Assembly: GCA_965215005.1 (NCBI GenBank) | Contig: CBDCCZ010000060.1 | Coordinates: 1 to 64,000 of the forward strand | Direction of reading: 5' to 3' | Source of the DNA: Kofleriaceae bacterium | GTDB taxonomy: Bacteria; Myxococcota_A; Polyangia; Haliangiales; Haliangiaceae | DNA: 64,000 bases | In this document: piece after piece, positions 29,521 through 39,827 of the stretch | Position numbering within the stretch: the stretch's first letter is position 1 | Layout of the letters: every line of letters begins with the position of its first letter | Translations under genes and position numbers: made by a program | The notes under the pieces: model-generated | What the model saw: the letters and a program-made list of their open reading frames with translations, nothing else | The model's database searches: none | Told to the model about the DNA's origin: nothing

Positions 29521-29709
29521 TGGTTCATGGTGGAAGCAGCTCCTTGCGTCCTACATTGTAGTTGCTCGCGCACCTGACGCTGACGGGCATGCCCGCCAAT
29601 TGCCCGTAGCGTGGCCTGCACACGTGCGTGTGGAGCGATCGCTGCCGTACACTCCTCAAGCCGGGAACTGGGCCAAAGGAGTTCGCACGTGAGATCGCTT
29701 GCAGGAGCC

Positions 29710-31893
29710 TTGAGTATCGACACCACTGCCGGTGGCAGTCCTAGCGCCCTTGCGCGGCGCGCAGGTTGGATCATTTCGTTGCTCGTCCTGTACGGCTGCG
29801 GCGGTGGCGGCGGCTCGGACTCGCCAGGCAAAGACGAGGTCGATGCCGGCGGTCGAGTGCTTCTCGAGCGTCCGCCCAACTCCAGTTGCCTGGCGCCGGA
29901 GCGCCCTGCCGTTGGCTCGATTGGGCTCACGCTCGAGCCCGCGTTCACGGAGCTCACCGTCGAGCGGCCCCTCTACTTGTTGCAGGCGCCCAGTGATGCC
30001 GAGCACTGGTACATCATTGAGCAGCCCGGTCGCGTGCTCCGCTTTAGTGGCAATGGCGCCGACGCTGCGGTCGTCCTGGACATTCGCGACCGCGTCGACG
30101 ATGGTCCCAATGAAGCAGGCCTACTCGGCCTCGCGTTTCATCCCGATTTCGCAGCCAACGGCCAGGTCTTTATCTCCTATACGGGCAATGATGGCGGGCT
30201 CGAATCGCGTATCTCACGCTTTCAGGCCGCCGACGGCGGCGCTAGCATCGATGCCGGGAGCGAGACCGTGCTGTTGCGGCAGCCGCAGTTTGCGGGCAAT
30301 CACAATGGCGGCTGGATCGGCTTTGGTCCCGACGATTTTCTGTACATCGCGTTTGGCGACGGCGGTGGCGGTGGCGATCCGCAGCGCACGGGCCAGGACA
30401 CCAACACGTGGCTCGGCAAGCTCTTGCGCATCGACGTCGACGGCCAAGCGCCTTTCGGCATTCCTGCCGACAATCCATTCGTCAATGGCGGAGGCCGGCC
30501 GGAGATTTACGCGTATGGGTTTCGCAATCCATGGCGCATGAGCTTTGATAGCGCAACGGGGCGGCTATGGGCTGGCGACGTTGGGCAGGGTGAGGTCGAA
30601 GAAGTCGATATCGTCGAGCGTGGCGGCAACTACGGCTGGAGCATCAAAGAGGGCACCAGGTGCTTTCGCGATGCCGACTGCGACGAAGCCGGCCTCATTG
30701 ATCCGGTCGCCGAGTATAGCCGCGACGAGGGACGGTCGATCACCGGCGGCTTCGTCTACCGCGGCTCCGAGATTCCCGAGTTGGTCGGCGCGTATCTCTA
30801 CGGCGACTTCGTGAGCGGCCGCCTTTGGGGGCTCTTTCCAGACGGTGATCGCGAGTTGCGCGTCGAGCAGCTGTTGGAAACCGGTAAGAGCATTGCGTCG
30901 TTTGCGCAAGGGCCTACTGGAGAGCTCTACATCCTCGACCTCGGCGGCGAGATTTTCCGCATCGCGGGCGGCGAATTGCCCGACGAGAGCGACTTCCCCA
31001 AGCGGCTTTCCGAGACTGGCTGCGTGAATCCAAATGATCCTACGCAGGTGATCGAAGCGATGATTCCCTATGAGGTCAACGCGCCGCTCTGGTCAGACGG
31101 CGCCGAGAAAGACCGCTACTTCGCTATTCCCGATGGAACTCGCATTGCCATTGGCGAGAACGGAGACTTCGAGCTTCCGATTGGCTCGGTGCTGCTCAAG
31201 ACGTTCTCACTGCAAGGCATCCGCATCGAAACACGCTTATTCGTGCATCATCCCGATGATACGTGGGCTGGCTACACGTACCGCTGGAACGATGAGCAGA
31301 CCGACGCCGAGCTGCTCAGCGCCGATCTGCGAGTCAATGTGGCGGGGCAGAGTTGGCTCATTCCATCGCGCGCGCAGTGCATGCAGTGTCACACCGCTGC
31401 GGCTGGTCGCTCGCTCGGCCTCGAGCTCGGCCAGCTCGAGCGTGAGGTCAGCGATGGCGCCGGCGGACGCGTGAATCAGCTCGAGCGTCTGAGCAAGCTC
31501 GAATTCTTCTCCGGTTCGCTGCCGGCTGAGCGCAGTGCCTATCCCGCCTACGACAGCGACGCGCCGCTGGCCGAACGGACCCGCAGTTATCTGCATTCCA
31601 ACTGCTCCAACTGCCATCGCCCCGAAGGCCCTGGGCGAGGCGACCTCGACCTTCGCTTCAGCACTCCACTGGCGGCGATGAACGTGTGCGATCAGGTGCC
31701 CTCCAACGGCGAGCTCGGCATCGAGGACGCGCGCATCGTTGCGCCGGGCGCACCAGAGCGCTCGGTAATGCTCGCCCGAATGCTCAGTCTAGCTGCGCCG
31801 CGCATGCCACCCTTGGCCACCGACGAAGTCGATCCCACCGGCACGGCGCTGGTGGAAGGCTGGATTCAAGCGATCAGCGAGTGTCCGCAATGA
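29710..31893 (+). CDS. Lipoprotein: glucose/sorbosone (PQQ-type) dehydrogenase beta-propeller fused to di-heme cytochrome c domain
   Basis: Lipobox LYGC; GLLGLAFHP, NHNGG, GKLLRID, GFRNPWR, GGNYGW; LSETG, PLWSDGAEK; CMQCH and CSNCH. Start uncertain. Confidence 0.88.
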   Translation: MSIDTTAGGSPSALARRAGWIISLLVLYGCGGGGGSDSPGKDEVDAGGRVLLERPPNSSCLAPERPAVGSIGLTLEPAFTELTVERPLYLLQAPSDAEHWYIIEQPGRVLRFSGNGADAAVVLDIRDRVDDGPNEAGLLGLAFHPDFAANGQVFISYTGNDGGLESRISRFQAADGGASIDAGSETVLLRQPQFAGNHNGGWIGFGPDDFLYIAFGDGGGGGDPQRTGQDTNTWLGKLLRIDVDGQAPFGIPADNPFVNGGGRPEIYAYGFRNPWRMSFDSATGRLWAGDVGQGEVEEVDIVERGGNYGWSIKEGTRCFRDADCDEAGLIDPVAEYSRDEGRSITGGFVYRGSEIPELVGAYLYGDFVSGRLWGLFPDGDRELRVEQLLETGKSIASFAQGPTGELYILDLGGEIFRIAGGELPDESDFPKRLSETGCVNPNDPTQVIEAMIPYEVNAPLWSDGAEKDRYFAIPDGTRIAIGENGDFELPIGSVLLKTFSLQGIRIETRLFVHHPDDTWAGYTYRWNDEQTDAELLSADLRVNVAGQSWLIPSRAQCMQCHTAAAGRSLGLELGQLEREVSDGAGGRVNQLERLSKLEFFSGSLPAERSAYPAYDSDAPLAERTRSYLHSNCSNCHRPEGPGRGDLDLRFSTPLAAMNVCDQVPSNGELGIEDARIVAPGAPERSVMLARMLSLAAPRMPPLATDEVDPTGTALVEGWIQAISECPQ

Positions 31894-31897
31894 TCTT

Positions 31898-32428
<531 letters not shown>

Positions 32429-32469
32429 GGCCGCATCCTAAACCATGGGCAACCCCCGAAGAGGGCCTC

Positions 32470-35400
32470 TCAACGCGGCGTCATGCGAGCTACGGCGGCA
32501 CACGTTCCGCCGGCGATTGGGCTCGTGCCCGCGCACGCTTCGTTGGCCTCGGCGAGAAGCGAGCTGGCGCTCGCCGGCTCTAAGCGCGCCAGTGCCAGCG
32601 CGCTCGCCGCATGCTCGAGCGGCGCATCGAGCGTGCGCCGCAGCTCGAGAGCTGCCCGCAGATCCCCGCGCGCGGCCCTCGTGTTGCCCAAACTCGCCCG
32701 CGCCGTCCCGCGTAGGTGGAGAGCCTTGGCCAGCACGGTGTCGTCGTGCGTCTCCTGCTGCGTTGCCGTTTCAATGAGTGCGTCGAGCTCTGCAATCGCC
32801 GCATCGCTGCGTCCTTGCGCTATCGCGAGCTCGACCTGCGCTTGCCGTATGACCAGCATGAGGGGGTGGGTGGGGCCACGGGAGCGCGTCAAGCGACGCT
32901 GCGCTTCCGCCAGCGAGCGCGCCGCCTCGGGCCAGCGACGCTGTTGCATGCGAATGTTCGCCACGAGTAGCAGTGTTTGCGCGAGGTCAGGATCGGCGTC
33001 GGGTGTTGCTGCGAGGATATCCAAGGCGCGAGCGCAATTGGCATCGGCTTCATCGAAGCGCCGCAGCGCGGTGAACGTCTCGCAAAGATTTACGACCGAC
33101 ATCACCACCGCGTGACCCTTGGCGCCAAGCACGGTTTCTCGCAACGCCAGCCCGCGCTGATGAATCGGCAGTGCCTCGCCAGGCCGACCGAGCAGCACGA
33201 GCGCCGAGCCGACGTTGTGCAGGAAGTAAGCAAGCCGAGGAGCATTGGGACCGAGTAGGGCTTCTTGTGCAGAAAGTGCCTTCTTGAGGTACGGCAGCGC
33301 TTCTCTGAGCCGGTGAAGCTGCCCGAGCATGCTGCCAATCGCGTTCAAAGCACCAACCGTGAGCTCCGCATTCTCACCGAGCGAGCTCTGATAGATCGAC
33401 AACGCGCGCTGGTAGTGTTCGAGCGCCGCAGGATAGTTGCCTTCACCGCTGTAGTTGAATCCGAGCGCGTATTCGAGGCCTCCGAGCTGCGGGTGCCAAG
33501 GCCCGAGCTGGCGGCGCAACACCTCGCCTGATGCGGCCAATAGCGCGCGCGCCTCGTCAAAGCGACTCTGCTGTCGCAGCGTTGCGGCGAAATAGGTCGT
33601 TGCGTGGGCAACGTCTGGATGGTCGGCACCCAGCTCATCCGTCAACAGCTCGAGCTCGCGTCGTTGGTGCTCGGCCGCGCGATCCAAGTTACCGCGAACT
33701 AGAGCGTCACGCCCTTGCACCCCGTGAAGTCGTGCTCGCAGCCGTGGCGGCTCTCCCGCGCGCACGATTGCTGTGCTCGATACCTCGATGAGGGCCGTTG
33801 CGGCTTCGGCGCGGCTTTCACGTCGTTGCACCACATCGGCGAGACTGACCCATGCGTCGGCCAAGCGCAGGTCATCACCAGCACGCGCTGCTTCCGTGGC
33901 ACTCGCGAGCAGAGACGACTCTGCCAGCTCGTCCTGACTGAGGAAATAGTGGCTTCGTCCGAGCAGGAGCAGCGCATCGGCGAGAAGAAACGGGATCGCT
34001 GCTTTGCGGGCGAGCTCCACCGCTCGTTGAGCGGTCGCAAGGGCGGCGGGATAGCGGGAGAGCTCAAGGTCCGTGCGAGCTTGCGCCAGCTCGTGCTCGA
34101 GCTCGTCCACCGCCGCGCGATCACGAGCGGCCGCGGGTAGCGAATACTGTGACAACAGGCGCGAATCGTCGCACTCCGCGGCGCTGGGAAGTGAAGCCGC
34201 TGCGCGCAGTGCGTTGGCGACCAGTTCAGCATCGACGTCAATCTGAATCGAGCGGATCAGAGCGTCTACCTCGCCGAGGCGCTGGTCCAGGCAGTGGACG
34301 CGGCGATCGAGCATCAGTCCCGATTGCGTTCCAGCGCTATACGTAGCCTCGCAGGCATCCCGGTGCGTCGCCTGCCAAGTCTCGCGATACTGAGTAAGTC
34401 GCTCCGCAAGCTGAGCAGCAGCGACGCGGCCACTGCTGCCCAATGCATCGTTCCAGACCGAGCGCAGCTCGCCGGCCTCCGTCGCATTCCAAGCGCGGTC
34501 GAAGCGGCTGCCGCTGTCGATGCAGCGCGCGGTCGCGCTGCGTTCCTCACGCTGCGCCAGTGCCACCGCACTAACGATGAGCATGCTCGCGACAGCCAAA
34601 CCACCAGCAATGATCATTGCGCGGCGAGGTGGCGGTGCGATTGCCGCTAAGAGCGCGTCCATGGTCGGGAATCGCTCATTTGGCTCGGCGCGCAGACCGC
34701 GGTCGAGGGCGCGCTGCAGCCGTCGATTCGTGCTCTTTGGCGGCTGTTGGCGTCGGCCAGCCAGGATGTTATCGCGAATCCCCTTGACCGTTTTACCGGC
34801 GAACGGACGTGCTCCACACAGCGCTTCCCATGCGGTAACGCAGAACGACCATTGATCAGAGCGCACATCCCCCTGCTCATACCGCAACCTCTCGGGAGGC
34901 ATGTACGCTGGGGTTCCGGCGATGGAGCCAAACCTCGTCAGCTGACGGTTGAGTAGTCTTTGTGGCTCCTCGAGATCCCGCGCGGTTATGGTCGGCTCAG
35001 CGTCTTGCGTCTCGTAGGTTGCCAGATGAGAAGCTCCTGACGACTCATTCGACTCTTGCCAGACCTCATTCCCGGATGAAGCGCCCTGCCGCGGATCGCT
35101 GGAGTCTTCTGCCATGAGGCGTGCAAGCCCGAAATCTGCGATGCGAACCCGCCCGTCGTCGGCCACTATTATATTGTCAGGTTTGATATCACGATGAACC
35201 AGCCCGGCGCGGTGAACGGCGGCCAGCCCGCGACCTGCGGCGGCCAGCGCACGCAAGATCTCACTTCGCGAACGCTGCTCGAGTCGTAGCCAGGTTCGCA
35301 GCGTCGGCCCGCTCACGAGCTCCATGGCGATGAAGACGTCGTCGTGCGCGGTGCCGACATCATGCACTGCAACCACGTGAGGGTCGCGAATTTGCGCCAG

Positions 35401-35739
35401 CGCTTGCGCCTCGCGCAGTACCCGGCTGCGCCGTTGTCCGCGCGCTGGATGTAGCTTGAGCGCTATGCGACGGTCGAGCTGCGGGTCATAGGCCTCATAC
35501 ACGATGCCCATGGCGCCAGCGCCGATGCGCGAGAGCAGGACATAGCGGCCAACACAGCTGCCTTCCCGGTACTCGAGCTGCTCACAATCGGCCGCGCGTT
35601 CCGGCGAGGCCGAGGTCTTGGTAGGTGCCTCGGCTGGATCGGCCGCGCCCGTCGGCGCGTCACTCTCGGCCTCGCCTCGAGCGGGCGCGATACCACCCTC
35701 GAGTCGGCCCTGACCCGCATCGATCTTGCCGCTAGTCAC
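32470..35739 (-). CDS. Ser/Thr protein kinase with TM helix and TPR repeats
   Basis: IGAGAMGIVY, HRDIKPDN, DFG, GTPAYMPPE; TM segment; kinesin-light-chain-like TPRs (LGADHPDVA). Confidence 0.93.
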   Translation of the reverse strand: MTSGKIDAGQGRLEGGIAPARGEAESDAPTGAADPAEAPTKTSASPERAADCEQLEYREGSCVGRYVLLSRIGAGAMGIVYEAYDPQLDRRIALKLHPARGQRRSRVLREAQALAQIRDPHVVAVHDVGTAHDDVFIAMELVSGPTLRTWLRLEQRSRSEILRALAAAGRGLAAVHRAGLVHRDIKPDNIIVADDGRVRIADFGLARLMAEDSSDPRQGASSGNEVWQESNESSGASHLATYETQDAEPTITARDLEEPQRLLNRQLTRFGSIAGTPAYMPPERLRYEQGDVRSDQWSFCVTAWEALCGARPFAGKTVKGIRDNILAGRRQQPPKSTNRRLQRALDRGLRAEPNERFPTMDALLAAIAPPPRRAMIIAGGLAVASMLIVSAVALAQREERSATARCIDSGSRFDRAWNATEAGELRSVWNDALGSSGRVAAAQLAERLTQYRETWQATHRDACEATYSAGTQSGLMLDRRVHCLDQRLGEVDALIRSIQIDVDAELVANALRAAASLPSAAECDDSRLLSQYSLPAAARDRAAVDELEHELAQARTDLELSRYPAALATAQRAVELARKAAIPFLLADALLLLGRSHYFLSQDELAESSLLASATEAARAGDDLRLADAWVSLADVVQRRESRAEAATALIEVSSTAIVRAGEPPRLRARLHGVQGRDALVRGNLDRAAEHQRRELELLTDELGADHPDVAHATTYFAATLRQQSRFDEARALLAASGEVLRRQLGPWHPQLGGLEYALGFNYSGEGNYPAALEHYQRALSIYQSSLGENAELTVGALNAIGSMLGQLHRLREALPYLKKALSAQEALLGPNAPRLAYFLHNVGSALVLLGRPGEALPIHQRGLALRETVLGAKGHAVVMSVVNLCETFTALRRFDEADANCARALDILAATPDADPDLAQTLLLVANIRMQQRRWPEAARSLAEAQRRLTRSRGPTHPLMLVIRQAQVELAIAQGRSDAAIAELDALIETATQQETHDDTVLAKALHLRGTARASLGNTRAARGDLRAALELRRTLDAPLEHAASALALARLEPASASSLLAEANEACAGTSPIAGGTCAAVARMTPR

Positions 35740-35826
35740 AGGACACCATGTTACGGACGCCAGACCACTGATCCTAGCCCAACGAGCTCAACGGCTCCTC
35801 GGGCGCGGTCGCTGGTCCACCCACCT

Positions 35827-37062
35827 CTACTCGACGCTGCTCGAGCTCCGAAGCACCGGTTGTGACAAGTCGGGTTGGCTGGCCACGGTTGTGCTATTGC
35901 CGCCGCAGGCGATGGGGCCCGACTGCGGGCACATCTTGCCGTAGCGATTCTTGCGAACCTTGCGACAGTCTTCGGAGTTCAAGATGTTCCATAAGGCGAC
36001 TTTGCCGGGGCAGTCGCGACGGTTGCGTTTGCGCACCCGGTCCCACAGCATATCGACGAACATGCAACACTGTGGGCAGGCGGGGATGCCGCTCTCTTGA
36101 CCATTTTTCCCGATCCAATAGGCGTCCCAGCTCTTGATTCCGCACAGCGTGTCGTCGAGCTTCTTACTGGTATCGACGCGGCAGCGGTCGAGCACCTTGC
36201 GAAAGACCTGCTTCTCGGCGCAGTTGAGCATCGATACGGGCGCGCGTTTGTTCATCAGGCACTCCTTGACGTTGTCTGGGAGTGATGACCAGTCGCCGGT
36301 GGCGCCGCGGACGATCGACTCGAACATCGGCGGCCACGAGTATCGATTCAAGGTCTCGCCCTCGTTGCCGCGGCTGCACTGGGTGAGGGCGTCGAGCCCC
36401 GAGAGGCCCTCTTCCTCTACCGTGGTTCCGTCGAGGCACTGAACCTTCAAAGCCGACTTGGCTTGGAACTTCTTCCGTGGCGGCGGGAAGGGAGCCTCTG
36501 GCGGCTTTTCCTCATCGGGATCCGGCCGAGATTCTGTCGAGCCACGCGGCTGGCAGATCAACTCCGAAGCCGCGTATCCGACGACGAAGCCGACGCCGGC
36601 CGCAGCGGGAACGCCAACCGGCTGACAAATGAGAGCTCCAGGCCCCGTGGCCACGCACGATACGGCTGCGGTAGCGCCGCCAATCACCGCACCACCGGCA
36701 CCAGCTTTGAGGCGGCAAGAGATGACCTCCGCCTGGCGCTGGAAGTCGCGCCAGTTGAGAGCGACCTGCTGCTCTGGATCGCCACCGCCACCTCCGCCGC
36801 TAAGCCCTTCACCGCCGCCATAGAGTCCACCAGTGTTACTGGCTGCAACGCACATCTGGCTTGTCGTTAGCGGCCTGCTATTGTCTGAAGTGGCCTTCTC
36901 GACCTGCCACTCAGGCACCAACGACTGGATTGCGTGACCCGTTACCGTCTTGTGGTAGCCGAGATAGCCAACTCCAATGGCCATTCCAATCCCGGAGATG
37001 ACCAATGTGCTGACAGCGGTGGTGCCGCGGGTATTTCGCAGGAGATGTAGGAGGCTCTGCAC
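35827..37062 (-). CDS. Prepilin-like N-terminus + glycine zipper + putative deaminase-fold domain (candidate toxin)
   Basis: LLRNTRG|TTAVSTLVISGIGMAIGVGYLG; GAGGAVIGGATAA...AAAGVGFVVGYAA; NCAE (aa 280-283) and PACPQC (aa 327-332). Confidence 0.6.
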   Translation of the reverse strand: MQSLLHLLRNTRGTTAVSTLVISGIGMAIGVGYLGYHKTVTGHAIQSLVPEWQVEKATSDNSRPLTTSQMCVAASNTGGLYGGGEGLSGGGGGGDPEQQVALNWRDFQRQAEVISCRLKAGAGGAVIGGATAAVSCVATGPGALICQPVGVPAAAGVGFVVGYAASELICQPRGSTESRPDPDEEKPPEAPFPPPRKKFQAKSALKVQCLDGTTVEEEGLSGLDALTQCSRGNEGETLNRYSWPPMFESIVRGATGDWSSLPDNVKECLMNKRAPVSMLNCAEKQVFRKVLDRCRVDTSKKLDDTLCGIKSWDAYWIGKNGQESGIPACPQCCMFVDMLWDRVRKRNRRDCPGKVALWNILNSEDCRKVRKNRYGKMCPQSGPIACGGNSTTVASQPDLSQPVLRSSSSVE

Positions 37063-37074
37063 GTGGACGCGCTG

Positions 37075-37090
37075 AGCAGATCACGTGCCA
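37075..37090 (-). promoter_or_regulatory. Putative sigma54 -24/-12 promoter
   Basis: TGGCACGTGATCTGCT on minus strand, one mismatch from TGGCACG-N4-TTGCW; the C lies 14 nt before GTG 37062. Confidence 0.6.
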
Positions 37091-37184
37091 TCGTCTCCCA
37101 CTGGGCCGCTCTTGAAGAACCGGCGAGCGCGCCTGTGCTCGAAGTGCGCGCTCTTTTCTTGAAGGAAGCTAACTGAGCTTCACG

Positions 37185-37835
37185 TTAACTTGTCATCTTG
37201 CCAACGGCTACTTGGGCGGGCCGAAGGCTTTCTGCGCCGATCACGTAGCCTTCTTTCATGACGCCTAGCACGCGTCCATGCTGGCGAGGATCGACGATGG
37301 GCACAACGCTTACCGCCTCGTGCAGGCTGGGGTCGAAAACCTGGCCGAGAGCAGGCACGTGTTGAACTTGGTGCTCGGCGAGCTTCCGGAGGAACTCACT
37401 GCGGACGAGCTCGAGGCCCTCCAGTAGCGCCGGTGGCGCCTTGTCGCTGCGCGCCGCGTGCAAGGCGCGGTCGAGGTTGTCGAGAACCTCGAGGAAGCTC
37501 CGGAGCAGCGTGCGAGTCCGCCCTTCGACCTCCTTGCGCGCCTCTTTGCGAATGCGTTCGCCGGCGCGGTCGACGTCTTCTCGAGCTTGCCGCGCTTCGA
37601 CCGCAGCGCGACGTGCGGCGCGGTCCTTTTCATCGGCCAAGGCGGTCAACCGCTCGACTTCCGACTCGAGAATTTCCGTGTAGCTGTCGCCGCTGCGCCC
37701 GCCGCTGCGATCGGTGTCGCCCAGCGCGTCGCGAAGCTCTTCGGCGGCGGCGACCGCATCGAAATGCTCGAGCTCATCGCGTGCTTCCGCCGAGGTTTGA
37801 GGGCGATGCGGATGTTGCTTGCCGTCTGCAGTCAC
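37185..37835 (-). CDS. grpE: Nucleotide exchange factor GrpE-family protein
   Basis: Coiled coil, LEVLDNLDRAL, GQVFDPSLHEAV, GY...LRPAQVAV. Confidence 0.85.
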   Translation of the reverse strand: MTADGKQHPHRPQTSAEARDELEHFDAVAAAEELRDALGDTDRSGGRSGDSYTEILESEVERLTALADEKDRAARRAAVEARQAREDVDRAGERIRKEARKEVEGRTRTLLRSFLEVLDNLDRALHAARSDKAPPALLEGLELVRSEFLRKLAEHQVQHVPALGQVFDPSLHEAVSVVPIVDPRQHGRVLGVMKEGYVIGAESLRPAQVAVGKMTS

Positions 37836-38806
37836 AGCTGTCCTCCGTAGTCACGCAAGTGGGATGCGTCAAGGTGCGCCGCTCCGCGCTGCGACTGCAG
37901 CGGCACCAGGCAGCGCAGGTCGAAACCCGCCGAGATCGCATGCACCTCATCAACGAACCCAGCGAGGCGCACGTTGGGCGAGAACTTCATAGGGGCTGAG
38001 AGCGGCCGGAAGAAATCATCGTAATGATGCGGCACGATGATACGCGGCTGCAGCTTGCGCAGTATTCTACTGACGTAGGCGCGAGAGAATCCGCGGCCGG
38101 CAATGCCGCACAAGAAGATATCGACGTCGCGATGAGTGACCGCGTCATCGATGAGGTCGGCGCTGCCTTGGTGGTAAAGGGTGATGCCCGCGACGCGAAC
38201 GTGGATCCCCCAAACCTGCCCGCAGCCAAACGCGCTAGGAGCGAGCTCGTCGAAGTGCTCGCAGCTGATGTCGTGATCATAGGGAACACGCAGTCCGAGA
38301 AGTAGCTTGGAGTGCGCACTGGGGACGAACGTCACCTGAAACGGGCCGATCTCATAGATGCGATATGGCTCGACCACCACGGAAGAATCGTTCAAGCCAT
38401 AAAGTCGCAGCAAGTTGGCTACAGAGTTTGAACCGTAGACTTTTGCGCCGTAGCGGGCTGCGATGAGTGGCGCATCGAGAACGTGATCGAAATGCGAGTG
38501 ACCGATCAGAACCGCATCAGACGCGCCAACGTAGCGCTCGATGAGCGATTTTCGTGGTGGCGTCGCGCGGCCGGAAACCAGCGCGCGCAGCGGTACCCGC
38601 GTTACGTACGGATCGATGAGCAGCTGGTGATTTGCGTAACGCAGGCGGAACCCCGAGGTTCCTAGCCACTCGAGCTCGAGGCCTGAGGGTAAGTCATGGC
38701 CATCCTGCCAGCTCAGCTCAGCAGCACACTGTGTGTCACTCTTGCTCTCTTCGCGCCGGTTGAAGACATGGCGCGCCAGCGAGAGCAGTTGTCGAGCACC
38801 GGACAT
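37832..38806 (-). CDS. MBL-fold metallo-hydrolase
   Basis: WLGTSG, LIDPY, GHSHFDH, PHHYDDF; GTGA overlap with grpE. Confidence 0.88.
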   Translation of the reverse strand: MSGARQLLSLARHVFNRREESKSDTQCAAELSWQDGHDLPSGLELEWLGTSGFRLRYANHQLLIDPYVTRVPLRALVSGRATPPRKSLIERYVGASDAVLIGHSHFDHVLDAPLIAARYGAKVYGSNSVANLLRLYGLNDSSVVVEPYRIYEIGPFQVTFVPSAHSKLLLGLRVPYDHDISCEHFDELAPSAFGCGQVWGIHVRVAGITLYHQGSADLIDDAVTHRDVDIFLCGIAGRGFSRAYVSRILRKLQPRIIVPHHYDDFFRPLSAPMKFSPNVRLAGFVDEVHAISAGFDLRCLVPLQSQRGAAHLDASHLRDYGGQL

Positions 38807-38904
38807 CCTTCGCGGAGTGTACACTGGCTGGGCGCGCGCTCTATGGCTACACGCTGCCAATGCATTGGCGGCTGGATATGCAAATAGAGCAGGGGGAGCA
38901 GAGC

Positions 38905-38934
38905 TTGACACCCCGGTGGCCTGGCTTCCATGCT
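38905..38934 (+). promoter_or_regulatory. Possible sigma70 promoter of sodB
   Basis: TTGACA-18 nt-CATGCT. Confidence 0.35.
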
Positions 38935-39010
38935 ACGAGCCCTGCGGCGCGCACGTCGCGCTGCACGATTCCCATCTACGGAACCTTCTAGTCCTAAGGA
39001 GAGGCACCTC

Positions 39011-39601
39011 ATGGCATTCAAACTTCCCGAGCTACCGTACCCCAAAGATGCACTGGCGCCGGTGATGTCGGCGGAGACGCTCGAGTATCACCACGGCAAG
39101 CATCACGCCGCTTACGTGAACAAGCTCAACGGCATGATCGAAGGCAATCAGTACGCGAGCATGAGCCTCGAGGACATCATCAAGAAGTCTCACGGCCAAG
39201 CGAGCGAGAAGGGCGTGTTCAACAACGCGGCTCAGGTCTGGAATCACACGTTCTTTTGGCACTGCCTATCGCCGAGCGGCGGTGGCGAGCCCACTGGAAA
39301 AGCCGCAGACGTCATCAAGAAGTCATTTGGGAGTTTTAAAGACTTCAAAGAGAAATTCTCTACTGAGGCAGCAGGCCGCTTTGGCAGCGGCTGGGCGTGG
39401 GTCGTCCCCAAGGGCGACGGCATCGAGATTGTGACCACGCAAAATGCCGAGACGCCGGTCCAAGACGGCACCAAGCCGCTCCTCACCCTCGACGTTTGGG
39501 AGCACGCCTACTACATCGACTATCGCAACGCGCGTCCCAAGTTCATCGAAGAATTCTGGAAGATCGTCAACTGGGATCACTTCAACAAGCAGCTCGGCTA
39601 G
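39011..39601 (+). CDS. sodB: Superoxide dismutase, Fe-type
   Basis: HHGKHH and DVWEHAYY; FNNAAQVWNH (the AAQ signature favours Fe over Mn). Confidence 0.95.
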   Translation: MAFKLPELPYPKDALAPVMSAETLEYHHGKHHAAYVNKLNGMIEGNQYASMSLEDIIKKSHGQASEKGVFNNAAQVWNHTFFWHCLSPSGGGEPTGKAADVIKKSFGSFKDFKEKFSTEAAGRFGSGWAWVVPKGDGIEIVTTQNAETPVQDGTKPLLTLDVWEHAYYIDYRNARPKFIEEFWKIVNWDHFNKQLG

Positions 39602-39749
39602 CGGTTCACGGCGCAAGTCGTGAACCGCTAGAAAGCAACGGTCGATGAGGGAGACGCCGAAAGGGGGGCATGAGCAGCGTTTCGCGCCCGCCCTCGCCGC
39701 CGAAGGGGCGGGCGAGAAACGCGTCACGACTCTTGCGGCGTCGTACTAG
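39598..39749 (+). repeat. ~150-bp structured intergenic repeat, copy 3 (diverged, covarying)
   Basis: Starts at the sodB TAG stop; perfect CTAGCGGTTCACG/CGTGAACCGCTAG hairpin; ends CGTACTAG. Confidence 0.88.
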
Positions 39750-39827
39750 CGGTCAGTGCGTCTTTCTGGGCGCGGCCGCGCTTCCTGACGCGGCCGTGAT
39801 CTCGGAAGTTGGTCGCCGCTGAATCGC

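Noticed and set aside
35740..35826. Immunity gene for the candidate toxin
   Set aside because: The gap is only 87 bp and holds the TAACAT box of the kinase gene; no credible ORF.
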